A stretch of 63,195 bases of DNA, counting the filler, from Sphacelaria rigidula (lineage: Eukaryota), in NCBI GenBank assembly GCA_964200075.2. It is 10 parts of 10 records of this genome, joined end to end, with 100 filler letters (N's around TTAATTAATTAA, not from the genome) between each part and the next. Parts side by side here need not be neighbours in the genome. Positions count along the whole stretch, not along the records: positions 18,992 to 25,221 come from CAXNAA020021361.1; positions 25,322 to 31,551 come from CAXNAA020021362.1; positions 31,652 to 37,880 come from CAXNAA020021363.1; 7 more parts are not named here. One strand, given 5' to 3'. The position numbers and the translations under genes are program-made. The notes under the pieces were generated by a model. It saw only the letters and a program-made list of their open reading frames with translations, had not been told where the DNA came from and made no database searches. This document shows positions 23,460 to 37,601 of this stretch, piece after piece (within the stretch, counting starts at the first letter, position 1; the number at the start of each line of letters is the position of its first letter).

Positions 23460-25221
23460 GGGTGGGGGCGTAATTATTTGTTGCTCGCCTTAGTCGTTTG
23501 GCCATTGACCACGCATCCCTTTCGAAACGAAGCATCGTTCCTACTCCTCATAGAGTCACCTTCAACATTCCGGCGCTCATCACATTTCTTCCATACATTA
23601 CACAACAACCTTTTACACATCTTATTCCCGTCCTGTTTCGCCGTCTGTGGCCAACATCTATATTCTAGTATAACCATCGTTTTTCCCTTCTGTCTGATGC
23701 ATGAAACGATTTCATGCCACCTTCGTTTACGTCTCGCATTTTCCCCCTATAGCACGTCCCGTTCCTCCTTGTCTAGTTCACATTCTGCCACTATATGACT
23801 TCTGCTCTCTATTCCTTTGCCACAAAGGCAGTTCTGTCCATCTACTTCCTCCTCCACACGACAACTGGTATATCTCTTTATTCTTTCTGGCAGTTCCAGG
23901 TCCCCAACCCGAAATCGCAGTTTCACATTTCTCGCAGCGTCCATTGGGCCATGCAAATATGCTTTCATTCCGATCCCTTCTTTCAACCATCCGTAAATCT
24001 TCAGGTGTTCTTCCTCGTCTAATTTGCGTCTGAGCGCTTCTTTTCCCCACATTTCTAGAATGACTCTTACTTTTGCCTCGTACCCCTCGTCTTCACCTAT
24101 GGACAGTATTTTGTCTTGGTTTCCTCCTATCTCCCTCTACACTTTCTCGATTTCTCTATCCCACCTTACTCCACCCTTCGCCTTCGTACTTTTCTTCCAT
24201 ACAGCCCTATCGACTATACCGGGCAGTCCCTTTCTCTGCAAGTTCTGTACGTTATATTGTCATCGCAATTTTCTCATGTCTCTGTTTGTTTCAAGTGAGT
24301 AAATACATTCCCAACTCTGCTCTCAATACTGTATTATTTGTCGTTTTCGAGCATCCAAGTATCTTCTTAGCTGCTGCCATCTGTACTGTCTCCAGCCTCT
24401 CCACCAACTTCACGTTCCCCTCCCACACTTCTCCGGCATATTCCAGCTTTGGTACGATCACGTTCATCAAGATACATACCTTGATCCTAGTGTCCAGGTG
24501 GGGGTCTCTGAGAATCACGTCCATTCTGCCTATATGTGCCTTACTCTCTTCTATTTCTTTGTTTATGTGTGCATCCCTTGAACAATTCCTTGAGATCTCT
24601 ACGCTAAGGTATGGATTCTGGTGTACGATCGGCAGTTCCTCTTCTCCCCGCTTCCATTTGAACTCTACCGGATTTTTCGTATTTTCGTTACAGACGACTA
24701 CGGCGCATTTGTTGACGTTTGCTGTCACTCTCCATTTCCTGGTGTATTCTAGCGCCTTGTCCATCTGTGTCTGTAATCCTTCTGGTATTTCTGAAATCCC
24801 CACGAAATCATCCGCGAACACAATCCTGATACCATATCTTCACCAACGTTGCCCCCTTGCTTTGCTGCTTCTATTGATATTATCAAGTCATTAGTAAATA
24901 CCTTGAACAAAGTAGGTGATAACGTACGTCTTTGTGCAACTCCTTGTAAGATATCGAAGTATTGCGATATTTCCCCGTCTAGCATCATGGAAGTTTTGGC
25001 ACATGATGTCATCTTTACCATTCTCCACATCTTTCTTCTGATCCCAGCTCCCCACAACCTTTTCCACAACCCATTTCTCCATACTATGTCACAAGCCTTC
25101 CGCGCGTCCAGAAAGAAACAGTACGTTGTCCGCCCGGTGTCTTTCCTACAATAAATAATCTTACCTAGTGTGTACACATGGCCTACGCAACTACGGTTCG
25201 GTCTAAATCCTGCTTGTGCCT
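23460..25221 (-). mobile_element. Decayed LINE: RT domain and 3' end
   Basis: FFLDARKACDIVWR, QGVAQ..TLSPTLF, FADDFVG, PKLEYAGEVW; ends ...KASNK* followed by a C-rich tract. Confidence 0.9.
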
Positions 25222-25321
25222 NNNNNNNNNNNNNNNNNNNNNNNNNNNNNNNNNNNNNNNNNNNNTTAATTAATTAANNNNNNNNNNNNNNNNNNNNNNN
25301 NNNNNNNNNNNNNNNNNNNNN

Positions 25322-25500
25322 CCGGCGTGCTCCATCCCGGCTTTGTAGGGATGCGAGGTCAATGGTCTGATGACTATGGCATGCATGATCATGAGTACAC
25401 CCCCCCTCCGTGCTCCGTTCCGGCTTTGAAGGGATGCGAGGTCAATGGTTTTACGATTATAGCATGCATAATCATGAGTACCCCCTCCCCCCCCTCGAGT
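25322..25500 (+). repeat. Two tandem retroposon 3'-tail fragments ending in oligo(C)
   Basis: GGGATGCGAGGTCAATGGT...CATGAGTAC(C)n twice; reverse-strand copies at ~29070-29190 and 47620-47740. Confidence 0.6.
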
Positions 25501-25519
25501 TTCTTGAATATGTAGAGGT

Positions 25520-27695
25520 ATAATATGAAAGTAAGGAGGAAATGGAAGTATATGAAGGCGCAGCGGACGTAGGAACTACGGATCATTGCCGCATATGGGT
25601 AGACAGCCAACGGACGAGAGTGAAAACAAATTAGGCGGGGTGGGAAGCTGTACCACTGGAGAATAGGTAAACAAACCAGACATCAAAGAAAAACAGCAGG
25701 ATTTCGAAGAAGCGATAACCAACAATGCAGTGAAATTTTGCGATCTGCTGGGAAGCGTAGGTACAGCTAAGAGCGGAATAGGAAGGGATCGGGAACGAGC
25801 GAAGACCATAGAAGGATGGGAGCAATTGGTGAAGACCACAGCAAACAAGGCCATAGGAAAGAAACTGGTCATATGCAACCCGAGTAGAAAGACGCTGGGA
25901 TAAGGTAGTGAAAGATGCAATGAGAGTCAGAAGAGAGGCTCACGCAAAATACACATCGACTAAAACTACGATAGGGTGAGAGGAGGACGCTAAAGCTAGA
26001 AAATAGGTCAAAAAGATGGTAAAAAAGAAAAAAAAACTGAAAGCCGCAGTTGAGGAAACAAACGAAGATTTTTTTATGGCGAGACGGCGAAAATGTAGGT
26101 AGGAGTGGATACTGGGCAAAACAGGCAGGAGAGGCAGACAACGGAAAAACCACGCTAGGAGCACAGAACGGTAAAATGGTCAGTAGTTCGAAGGGGTCAA
26201 GAGAAATGTAGAAGAGCGTCACCGAAGGATAGGGACACGACCAACTAACAAGAGCTTCGACGCGGAATTCGATAACAACAACAACACGTGGGCAGATGCG
26301 AATATAGAAGCACGATCATGGGAAGAGAGTGGCTCAAAGGAATTGCAGGGAGAGTTTACAGGAGATGAAGTAAAGGAGTGTGTAGATGAACTCGATAATA
26401 GAAAGGCAACAGGAGCAGACGAAAGAGTGAACTTATAGATTAAGTGCGGGGGACCATGTCGGATATGTTGCATAATTGGATATGCGAAAAAATACGCACC
26501 CAAGAGGGGGCGAGAAGGAGTAGTAGACCTTTTCAAGGAAGGAGACAGGGCTGACCCAGGGAATTATAGAGGAATAACGCTACTAAGCACCGTAGCGAAA
26601 ACTCTCTCTAAGATTCTGAATGAATGAGCAGGAACGATGCTGAAAAAGGATAAGAAAAGTCAGCGACGGGCAAGCAGAGTTTGAACCAAATCATAGTCGC
26701 GTTGACCACGTGTACACGTTACATGTGTCAACATTTGGTACGCCTATTCAAGGTAGGGAAGACACGGGTCAAACAACGTACTGTTTCTTTCTGGACGTGC
26801 AAAAGGCCCATGACACGATGTGGAGAAATAAACTGTGGAAACAGATGTGGGGAGCTGCAATCAGAGGGGGAATGTGGAGAATGGCGAAGAAGATGACAGA
26901 ATGTGCGAGAAGTGCTATGATGCTAGACGGGGAAGTATCAAAGTATTTTGACATTTTACATGGAGTTGCACAAGGATGTACGTCATCACCCATTTTATTC
27001 AAGGTTTGTATTTATGACATGGTGGTAGCAGTAGAAGAAGCAAAGCAAGGAGCCATGGTGGGGGAAGATGCGGTCTTGGGATTGACGTTCGCGAATAATC
27101 TCGTGGGAATAGCAAAAACACCAGAGGGATTGCAGAAACAAATAGGAAGGCGCTCGAACACACTAGGAAATAGAGAGTGACAGCGAACGCTTAAGGATGG
27201 TGCTTGTATGTAACGAAGAAAAGGAAAACTCCGTAGGATATAAATGGGAGCGGGGAGAAGAATACTTGCCGATCGTAGATCAGTATGCAGACCTCGGGGT
27301 AGAAATTTCGAGGAAGCGCTCTTGGGGTGCACACATAGAAAAAGTGATACAAACGATTAAGGCACAGACAGGCAAGATGTACGTGGTCCTGAGAGACTCG
27401 TACCTCGGTATTAGGATTAAGAGACGTATTTTCATTCACGTGATTGTACAGAAGCTGGACTATGTAGGAGAAGGATGGGAAGGAGACGCGAAGTTAGTGA
27501 AGAAGCTGAAAGCAGTACGGATGACAGCAGCTGAGAGAACATTCGGATGCTCAAAAACGACTAGTAGCGCAGTAATGAGAACAACCATGGGAATGTACCC
27601 ACATGAAACAAAGAGAGACGTGAGAAAATCGGAATGGCAACATAACGCAAGAAACGTGCCAAGAAAGAGACTGCCAGCCATGGTTGATAGGGCTT
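25520..27695 (+). mobile_element. Decayed LINE ORF2 fragment, same family as 20400-25221
   Basis: DPGNYRGITLLS, FFLDVQKAHDTMWR, GVAQGCTSSPILF, QKLDYVGEGW. Confidence 0.9.
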
Positions 27696-30507
27696 ATGTT
27701 TTGTTTTTCCTCACACTTTGAACCCCTCCCCTTCCTCGGGATGAGCCCGTGGTCTCAAGGGATCAACCCATCTCTCCCCCGCTTTATTCGTTAGAAGGGC
27801 GGAACTCATGTGCCGGCACCAACCTGATGGTGACGACCGAGGCGTGTAAATGTAGACAGGCGACCGTAATAGCACGTATAACAACGATTAGCGCAGAGGT
27901 ACGAATGGTGGAATCGACAACCGCAAACAGCCGTCACACTGCGAAGTGTGCTGCCTCCTGTGTATGCGGACACTGACAATGCACCACTACCGGATAGGCA
28001 AAAGTCTCCGTGTAGCGCGGCAGAAAAATCATACACGCTGTGCTTGGACATGCTAGAAGGCTTAGAGGCGCTCAGTAAAACACAGCATTGGATAAAGGTA
28101 CCGGTGGACAACTCCCACAGTGGCGGGGGTGCAGTTAGCAGCAGCGATGGCGCTTGAACGAAATGGTTGGAATCTAGTCCCATGATTTTCTCTTCTTGTT
28201 GAGTCCATCACAAAAATTCAGATGAGCCAGCCACAAATCGGATCGGTAGAAGTTATCACGCACACGTGCATCATAACCTAGCACTGTATGTACTCTGTGA
28301 ATTTGTTTAGACGAAATCAGATATTAACGGGAAACAGCCGTAACGGGAAACAGCCGTTGTTTTGTGCCCCGCCGCCGCACGAGCTCCCAAACGCTCCCCA
28401 GATCTGGACCGTTGACATCGTACCATGTCTTCTGCCACAGAACGCGGCATTGCGTTGGTGAGGTGGCCTTGTGTGTAGAATAGTCAGGGATGTACGCGGT
28501 TATGACTCGAAAGTAAAGCGTGACGGCACAATTAGGATCTCAAACAAAATCCACGTTTAGGACAAACAGCTACAGGATATACTTCATCGCATACTTCGTA
28601 CAAGGTTTGGACGACGGTGCCACAGCCGACAGAGACGTTGCAACGAAATGGCAAGCCCCACATGTATGCTTCTGTTCACTTCGCCGTTTTTCAACATCAG
28701 ACACTCCAACAAGATAACTACCACAACTGGCACAACCAAATCGTCCACGTCATCAGCGCGGCGTGGAATTGGTGGGGTGGTCTACGCTAGCGGATTACCA
28801 GGGACCTGGTTCGCACCAATGACCGAAACGCGCGAAACGCTCTTGTTTCCGGGGGAGAGTTGAGACGAGGGTTCTCTTTTTGACAAGTCTCTCCCAAACA
28901 TCCATGCAAATCCCAACATTATTAACTCAAGATCGTCTCCAGTTTGGAGGATACCAAGTGTTCAGCGGGAGTCGTTCAACAACAGAGGTCCGGGGGAGGC
29001 GTACTCAATTGCTGCTTGCCTTAGTCGTTTGACCATTGACCACGCGCCCCTTTCGAGATGGAGAGGTCGGGAGGGGGGGAAGCGGGGACGAGAATGCACT
29101 CGTGATCTTGCATGCCGTAGTCATGAGACCATTGGACTCCCATCCCTACAAAAACGGAGCGGGGCACGCCGGGTTTTCGCCGGACCAGGCTCGCAATCAA
29201 TCACCAAACAATCACCAAACGCGAAGCGCCGTGGTGTGTTCGGCAAGTCGCATACAGGGTAAGCTGCGTCCTGCTAAGATTGTTTGGCCCGAAAGGTACC
29301 GAGCATCTTGCATATGGATGGCAGCCCACAATGCGTTGCTTCATTTTCTAGTATTGTCACTTCCAGAGGCGGCCATGGGTTCCACATTGCCTCATGCGTG
29401 TCTCATCATTTGACTGCTGCGCAGTATTACCATGGTCGGGGGGGGGGGTTACAGCCTCATCCCCCCCGCGTTCTTGTCCCCTATTGTTTTTCTCAAGATG
29501 AGGTGGTGACTACTGCCAAGATAGCCCACCCCCAAACCGGCCAAAAAAGTGCACGGAGGCGATGATCATAATACCATTAGAGCTGGTTTTATGCTGCACG
29601 ACGCGATTCATTTGAGCGTTGTAGCTGATTTCGGATTGCTGCACGCCTCTCATGTGGGCGAAATTGCGGCAAACGAGCCAAACAGTGGGATCGCAGCCGG
29701 TGTGTCGGACGGTCTCTGGTGCACTTTTTTGTGCGGGGGGCTATCTCGGCATTAGTCTGGTAGTTGTTCCGTGGAACAAGCTTGCACAGGGTCAGAGAGA
29801 TGTGTTCAGTCGGGCGGAAGGATGAAATGTCGTCTCAGGCAACACCTCGTGTGTTATCTTTTGTCCGCAACGGGTACACATGAAAACGCCGCTTGCCCCA
29901 TTCTGTAAAAAAATGGCGATTTTGACCCGCCCTCTATCGTTGAACTACTCGCCAGGCAGATGCCATGGACAACGACAACGATCACACGCAGGTTCTTGCG
30001 TGGCGTTCTTGGCGAGCTGTTCTATTGCATGTGCACTTCACATTTTGGATACCTCCGACAAGGTGCCATCAACACCCACAAACGTACCACAAAATGACGA
30101 GTTTACGATGCGTCACGACAAGCGAGGTATGACTGAACTCGGCCTGCACATGAACAATAGATTACAATTTTCCGCACCCGTGTGTACATCTTGTCATCTG
30201 CTGATCCCTCCTCAGAGTGTGTATCTGCTCGTCCAAGATTTAGTAGCGTCCCATAGTTTCATCAAGCGATTCATGTTTCTGTGGTGAAACAAAAATAGAA
30301 GTCAGTAAAGTTTTCCCCCCGGGTCGTTGGGTTGCTGGGACAGGTTTTAGGAGTCAGGATGGCCCTCATTACTGATGATCAACTGTATGAGGGCGGTTTG
30401 TCGCAGTCGAATGAACCATTCGTCGCCAATGGAGCGACCAATTTATACCTTCTAACGTGTGTTCAACTACTGTATTGTGTATACAGTACGCAAGAGACGT
30501 CACGTAC

Positions 30508-30599
30508 TTTGCTTTGTGCGGCATGTGCTCTCCGCTCTCCATGCTGTACACCAGGTCAAACGAGTCGTTCTGGAAAGGTGTATCCAACGCGTCGGCCAC
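30508..30599 (-). CDS. VTE4: Internal exon of a gamma-tocopherol methyltransferase-like SAM-dependent methyltransferase
   Basis: CAG|VADALDTPFQNDSFDLVYSMESGEHMPHKA|GTACGT matches the gamma-TMT motif FDLVWSMESGEHMPDK. Confidence 0.75.
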
Positions 30600-31071
30600 C
30601 TGGTGCAACACAAAATAAGAGTAAAAAATGGGAACAAACACGATGAAGATACAAATAAAAAGGAGTGCGGGCGATAAATCGAAAGATTAAAAAACAAGAG
30701 CGACATTAAAGAAAATGTCGATGAAACACACAACACACGAGTGATCAAAAAGAGAATGTGGCTGGCAAAAAAAGGCTAAGTACAAAATGCACACAAAATT
30801 GAAAACATGGGGGTTGAAGCAATGGAGGGGGAACGAAAAAAAATAAAGACACACACATGCGCACAAACCCAAAAGAGATGAGACAACAATGTTAGAGAAG
30901 ACGTGAACATCAAAGGCAAGACGCGCGCATGCTCAGATTACTTTTTTAGCGCGAAATGTAAGACACGGGCAAAAACAAGCACTTCCCGACCTTATCGTAC
31001 ATCGTACAAACACAAAACTCGTTCAGCTATTATACCTGTGAAATTTGGAAAACAACAGACCACAATACTAT

Positions 31072-31436
31072 CGGTCGCCCCGGTGGCTCAGATGGTAACC
31101 TCAAAACCTTCTGACGGTTGGGTATATTTTCGAATCTCGGAGCGATCTGGGATTTTTCTCACACAATTTTCAACGGTGGACAGCTAGTATGTCGTGGATA
31201 CACAAACATTCGACTTAACGGTCGACGAGGGAAAGGGACTGCTGAACTCCTCTTGAGAGAAAAGTAAAGGTAAGCCCCGCAGGAGGCAGGTGGTAAATCA
31301 AAAAAGAAAAGAAAAAAAACTCCTGTGTTGGCCTTCCTCGTGTGTGACTGACTCCGGCTGGTGCGCCCACATAACCCGAAAGGTGTAGACTCGCGCCCAT
31401 AACAGATGAGACGATAATACACACACAATACACAAT
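31072..31436 (+). mobile_element. tRNA-derived SINE, family 1 (near full length)
   Basis: GGTCGCCCCGGTGGCTCAGATGGTAA head, decayed B-box, conserved body GTCGACGAGGGAAAGGGACTGCTGAA, CA-rich tail. Confidence 0.8.
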
Positions 31437-31651
31437 GGTTCAACGATAGGAGGGGGGGGGGGGGGGGGGCGCTCTCTTGTTCTACAAAGTGAGGCAAGAG
31501 GGGCCTCCAGGACTGCCCGTTGGGGGCAAGGGAAAACACAACACGGGAAGCNNNNNNNNNNNNNNNNNNNNNNNNNNNNNNNNNNNNNNNNNNNNTTAAT
31601 TAATTAANNNNNNNNNNNNNNNNNNNNNNNNNNNNNNNNNNNNNNNNNNNN

Positions 31652-31955
31652 CGCCATAGAAATTTGGATTTCGGTCACCGAAATGTTGGGGCCCTAGGTG
31701 AAAAACCAATCTCGGAACCATTTTGGCGTCCGTTCGGACACGCGAAATTCCCCAAAATTGGCCTCTGACCCACGACCCCAACATTTCGGTGACTGAAATC
31801 CAAATTTCTATGGCGTGTAGCAGTTGTCAATAGCAATCAGTAGGTGGAGAAATGGAACCATATTTCGAAGATTTGGTGTGGATACGAAGATTTTAATTAT
31901 CCGGGCTTCTCATCCCCAATAAAAGATCCATCCCCAATTTGTAAGATCCCGTGTT
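31652..31955. mobile_element. Partial copy of the 6581-7023 foldback family
   Basis: GGCGTGTAGCAGTT..CAATAGC...AACCATATTTCGAAGATTTGGTGTGGATACGAA shared; cut by the contig start. Confidence 0.7.
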
Positions 31956-34900
31956 AAGTACACCATACGTTGACGCTGGGCTCGAGATAGGTAGTACAAA
32001 CACCCGAGACCTTGTAGCTTTCGGCGGACCCCTTCTGCAGGTAGTGGGTCTCAGGAACACCTGCGCGTCAGCGCTACCAAGTTGATGACATGACCAAAAA
32101 GAAAACGTACGACTTCATTAATTCGGCAGCCCATGTGGAAGGATCATCGAGACCCGTATCTTTGCTCACATTGTTATAAAAAATTGAGCACCCTGATTTT
32201 TCATGTAGGCTACAACAGGGATCATTTCAAAATGTCTCGGGCTCCAACAAGAGTCTCAAAGTTAGCCATTCAACACAAACCTCTTGAGCTGCCCGAGACA
32301 GGGGCGAAAATTGATTTTCTGCCATCATCTGATCGAAAAAGTCGAGGGCTAAATTTTCAAGATCATATTCATTTTCATCATAAGCTTTTCAATTTTCCGA
32401 TCTGTCTCGCCGACGACCAGCGAATCGACCCAAGAAGCGAAACACGCGCAACTAAACACAACCCATCTTCTTACTGGGACAAAGGACACGTACTCGCTAC
32501 AGTAGCGGTACGTGATCAACACATGCCCTACATAGAACGTAGTGAGCCACTACGCTTCGGCCTCCATCATCTGCCGGGGGACACCATGCACAAGGTTACA
32601 TACCAACCACCGGTGATACTTTAGTCGGAACCGAACTGGTCCACACAAAAACAGCGTAAACAAAACAAAAAAAAACAACCAACATAAACTGAAAATCAAA
32701 GGGCGCGTAGCCATGACACACGCAATAATTCTCCACACATGCCTTCACCGTCGTCGCCCCGGCCCCCAAACAAATCCACAACACCTCAAGCCCCCGATAA
32801 CACATCCTTGCATGCACGGCAGCGCCAGCCGCGCAGAACCAGGCACAGTTGATTGGGGTGAGATACAAGTGCAGGCATGGCTCAGTGTTGCAGGTACCCC
32901 GGAATATTCAGTATTGTGTTTCAGTCGATACTCTAGGTATTTACAGGGTACACAAGGCAAACAGTCCGGAAAGAACGTACGGGAGCCTGGGTGGGATACG
33001 CAAAACCCATTCACCTGCGCCAACTTTCAACAGAACGCTAATGAACAGGTGCTTGCTGCTCCAGAAATCAAGGCCGCTATATCAATATCAACCAATACTT
33101 GCACCCATATGCCACATGCTCACCCTTTGAAATTGTTACTGCCTGTTTGACGCTGCAAGCAAGGTTATCCACACAGAGGATCAAAGTAAAATCTAAGTTG
33201 AAGCACAAATTTGGAACTCATATGGAGGTAGCGGTAGTTAACGTCCAAGTGCTGCAACTGCTCTACCCTTTGCCTCAGAGTCAGGAGGTGGTTACACCGG
33301 AGTAGCAGCTATTTGCCCCCCAAATTTCCAAGCATCATCTTCCGAAGCCCTCCCCTAGTAGTAGGACTAATTCTTCACTACACAACAATGATGGAATGTT
33401 TGTCATGTTCCAAACAACGCCACCACAAAAGGTTGACCAGTGAGAGACCTAGCAGTACCGGAACAGAAGACCAAACATATCACGGGTACACGTACGTGGG
33501 GCACAACTATTACAGCAAACCAACTCAGAACTACTGTAAAAGAGAGAATTGAAAACAAATAACCTTCGTTGATCACCGCATGCGAATGACGGCCGCGCGT
33601 CTACTTATGACAAATGCAACTTAGCGTTTGCCTAACACACCATACTGGCTGCTGTGGCTCCGAAATACGAGAAAACCAGCGCCGATCGTCACCATCGCTC
33701 AAAAGCGGCAGCGCGCGCGCTGTACAGAGAAAACCATTTGTAGTGCTACACGTATACGAAAAAGGGGATATAAAATTATAAATAATGCGAGTAACGGGTA
33801 AAAATATGCATTACCTAGTCCAGGGCTAGTCCAGGGCCCACTGCTGTGTACACCACACAAGTCCTATAGACTTTAATCCAACGCATGGAAACACATCACG
33901 GTATGCCTCAAAACGCACGGACACCCGCACATAAATAGTAGTGCCGAGCTGTCAACTGGTCATCATTAGACAGCGGCGGTACTCGGTCGCGGGAAAATAA
34001 CAACGAAAAACTAAAACTAAAAGTGTGCGAGACTCTTCAAAACCAAACCATCAGCCAAGCCCCCCCGCGCATATACAAAATAAATAAACAACGGCCTCCC
34101 AATATATATATTTCAAGACATCAGAGCAATAAATGACACATCGAGCGAAGTAAAGACAAGAGGCTAAAGTGGCACGCAGGTTTCTGATTGGCCACTTTAT
34201 CCTTTCGTCAGCAAACAGTCAGCGGACGTCATCCCCCCTGCTACAACACAAGTGCCCAACACGCAAAGGACAACACTGCATCACCGCAGCAACACCAGCC
34301 CACTGCCCACCAACACAACGTTTATAACAACGCAGCAATAAGCGCCGCGAGCTCGCCGCGAGCATTATGGGGAGATAGATACCTCAACCCCGAACTGCTG
34401 GCCAACACTCCTCCTACATTTTGAAGATGGTGGGTACTGTGTACGCGATTTCGAAACAGGGAAAGGAGCGCCGTACAAACAGACCCCACCGAAGACACGC
34501 ACACGCATATACACACACTGTACTCGTTCATTCCACATATCTGAGAGCATCACCCATCATCCCACAGCACTACCGCCGGAACGACCAACGTCGGGCTGGG
34601 GATAGCATCACCGATTTCAAGCCGAACATGATGAAAAAAAAAAGAAGCGAACCCACTGTCGGAAAAATAAACATTATTAGTAAGAATCGTCTTTTGTGGA
34701 GGATCAGCAGAATCACGTTGACTTGCGGTAAACACACGCACACAACGCAACGAATATCGCAACAGAAACAATAACAATAATGAACACTTTTTCCCGATTG
34801 GTAGGGCACTAAGAAAATAAATAAATAAATAAACAAACAAACATGAGAAAAAATAAACCTACCCGCACCCCAAAACCGCGAACGATGTCATCCGACGACG

Positions 34901-37329
34901 AAATGCTTCTTGAAGCGACTCACTGAATCATCTTGCGCGTACTGCACCGTATCCTAGCCTTCATACACGCTCAACCAACCCGCTCGATGCCTAAAAATCT
35001 TCAACCCTCACCTCAACGTAGATAGACCGTGGACCTGGCCACACCGAGTGGGCCATCATCCTTGGACAAACAGAAAAAAAAGGGTAAAGTAGCGTAGTGT
35101 GCGGCGGTAGATCCGATGCCACCGGCCAAGTTCGCAGAGCGCCGGGATGAGCTTCGAAGATTCGTGTTTTCGGAACTCGCCCAGCGGTTACAGTGTGTCT
35201 GTTCCCTCCTCCTATAGACCGAGTCGTCGCATCATCATTCGAGATAAAATGTAATACGGAACCCCTCTTTTTGCGCAGTTTTCACACGCGCGGCCCGAAT
35301 ATCTGCTTGTCAGAAGGTGCCTACAGTACGGCACTCGGGCCTCATGACTTCCGTCCTCAGGAGAGTGCGCTCCCACCACTGAATCCTCACAAACCAAGAT
35401 CACTCTCACACCGCGCGCACTGTATTGTATCATACTGTGCTATACCACTGCGTGCTCAAACGGTACCACGACGGATCGGCAATTCAGTGCACAGTACAAC
35501 CAATTGGTGGGAGAACACTCGGCTGGAACCAATCGATGGACGTATTCAAGTCTGTTTAACTAGCGCTCGAGTCTGACGAACAAAAATCGGAGGCTGCCTG
35601 GAAGCCTGCAAGCATGTTAAGCCAACCATCAAACCCCAGCAACGAAAACAGGGATAGACAGAGGGTGCAGTACGGTTCCGACATGCGGTGCGTGGTATGG
35701 AAGATGACAAAAGGTCCACGAACTACATCGAGAACACGAAGCAAGAAGAGATGGCACGCCGAGTGTCCCACTTGATTTCATTCAACAAACAGCCGATGAT
35801 ATTTTGTCAGGAAAACCTCAAAACGGTTGTGCGGTGCAAGGGTACCACTAGTTACAAACGGACCTTATCCAAACCACCTCATCTACTGACGAAAAACCAG
35901 CCGCGGCATGCCAAGGGTTATACCGCCCACACCATCAACGCCACGAGACGCTACCGTAACATGCATTCCCAAGGATAAATAAACAGTCTAATGTGACGGA
36001 TCATGATACATGACACCCAGCATACAGGTAGGCTACACCCCGCAAAAACGATCGCACGAGTACTGCGCAAACCATTCCTCCTAAAACTTAGTAGGTGCCA
36101 ACGATGATACGCCAAGAAAGCTACGGTGACTGTAACATAACGAACCACCACACCAACCAGTACCGGCCGAAACCAGCTGTCTACTGTCGAACGACAACCG
36201 GGACATAAATCCCGCCCAGAATAAATAATAATAATAAAATTCGTCACAGATACGGTAGGGCTCAGCAGAACCCAAACCTCTCGGGCGTCAGCTTCACGCT
36301 GTCGCAGACAAATGACAGGTGGAACACCGGAAACATGCTAAACTCCTCTGCTTCGGGGAAATAATACGCATGGATCGGAGGTTGAGGACCCCAGAACACA
36401 CGGTATATGCTGCCATCAGAAGGTGGTGCTTGAGAACAGAAGCGCGCTCCTGACCTACGTAAATGTCGGGTTCACCGGCGTCGAAGGGTCTACCGGTGAT
36501 CCTGTTCCGAAACGAGGTCTGGCACCCAAAATGGGTTTGATCCCTTGACCACCCGAAAGTATCCATCCATCAATTGAATCGACATCACGTCACGTTCACC
36601 TGGAAGAGAACTCGACACAATCTGATGCTTCGTGTATCTGCGAGAGCTCGAATGCTCAAGCGCCGAGAACAGCAGCGGGAGGATCTGGTGGGTCCTTCAT
36701 TTGAAGGTGATGCGCCGTTCCCCCGCTGGTGCCCGATGCGGGACCGCCCCACGCCCACACCAAGCATTTCCACGGAGTGATCTCATGCCACTTATGGACG
36801 AGGCCTGGCAAGTGCACTCGAAGGACCCCCAAGGCGGAATCTCCGAGCATCACCTGCGCCAAGCAGAGAACAAAGCGAAGTCAATGCTGAAAAATCTCGG
36901 TACGAAAACCAGGGCACAAGTGAACAACAAGCAGCCCAGCAACTGTGGTTCTACCGACTTCTTCAACATGACCCCCCAATGTCCATCAGGAGTAGGAACG
37001 GTGCTCCGTTCGCAAGGGATGCGTGGTTAACGATCAAACGACGAAGACAAGTAACGAATGAGTACCCCCCCCCCCGCCCGCCGCAGAACTCATGAAACTC
37101 GTGGGACTCGTGGCACTGGGAATCAACGAAAGAACCCGAGGCGCGAGTTACAAAATACGACAGATTCAAGTGTCGCCTGTCAAGTTTCGCCTGTCAAGAG
37201 TCGCACGAGAGGAAATACGACGACGACGAAAGGCCGTCACTGAGGGCAAGAAAATAAAAATAAAAAGGCGAACGTTGATGCAAGGAAAGCCCTGACAACA
37301 ACCTCACAACAACAATAAGAGAGGGTTAA

Positions 37330-37600
37330 CCCTTAGACTGCGAGGGTAGGACATGTGGATCGTGCACCCTCTTTCCAAGGGAAATTGATGCCGATTCAAC
37401 GGATGACCTACTGTCGCCGTCTAAGGGTTAAGGTCGCCTGCTGAACCGGCATCAATTTCACTTCAAAAAGTATTTGTGGTCCAGATGGACTACCCGCATC
37501 GCGATCTAAGGATCAACCCTTTGATCGCGAGGGTAAGTCACCTGCGGAATCGGCATCAATATTCACTTGAAAAAATTATGCATGATCCAGACGGACTAGC
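37330..37600. mobile_element. Cluster of piggyBac-like ~100-bp MITEs
   Basis: TTAA|CCCTTAGAC...GTCTAAGGG|TTAA at 37330-37427, then two further partial copies, the last abutting a SINE. Confidence 0.7.
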
Positions 37601-37601
37601 C

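Noticed and set aside
34383..34413. Micro-exon RSVGQQFGVE as part of the VTE4-like gene
   Set aside because: Plausible splice sites and weak similarity, but too short and on a different contig
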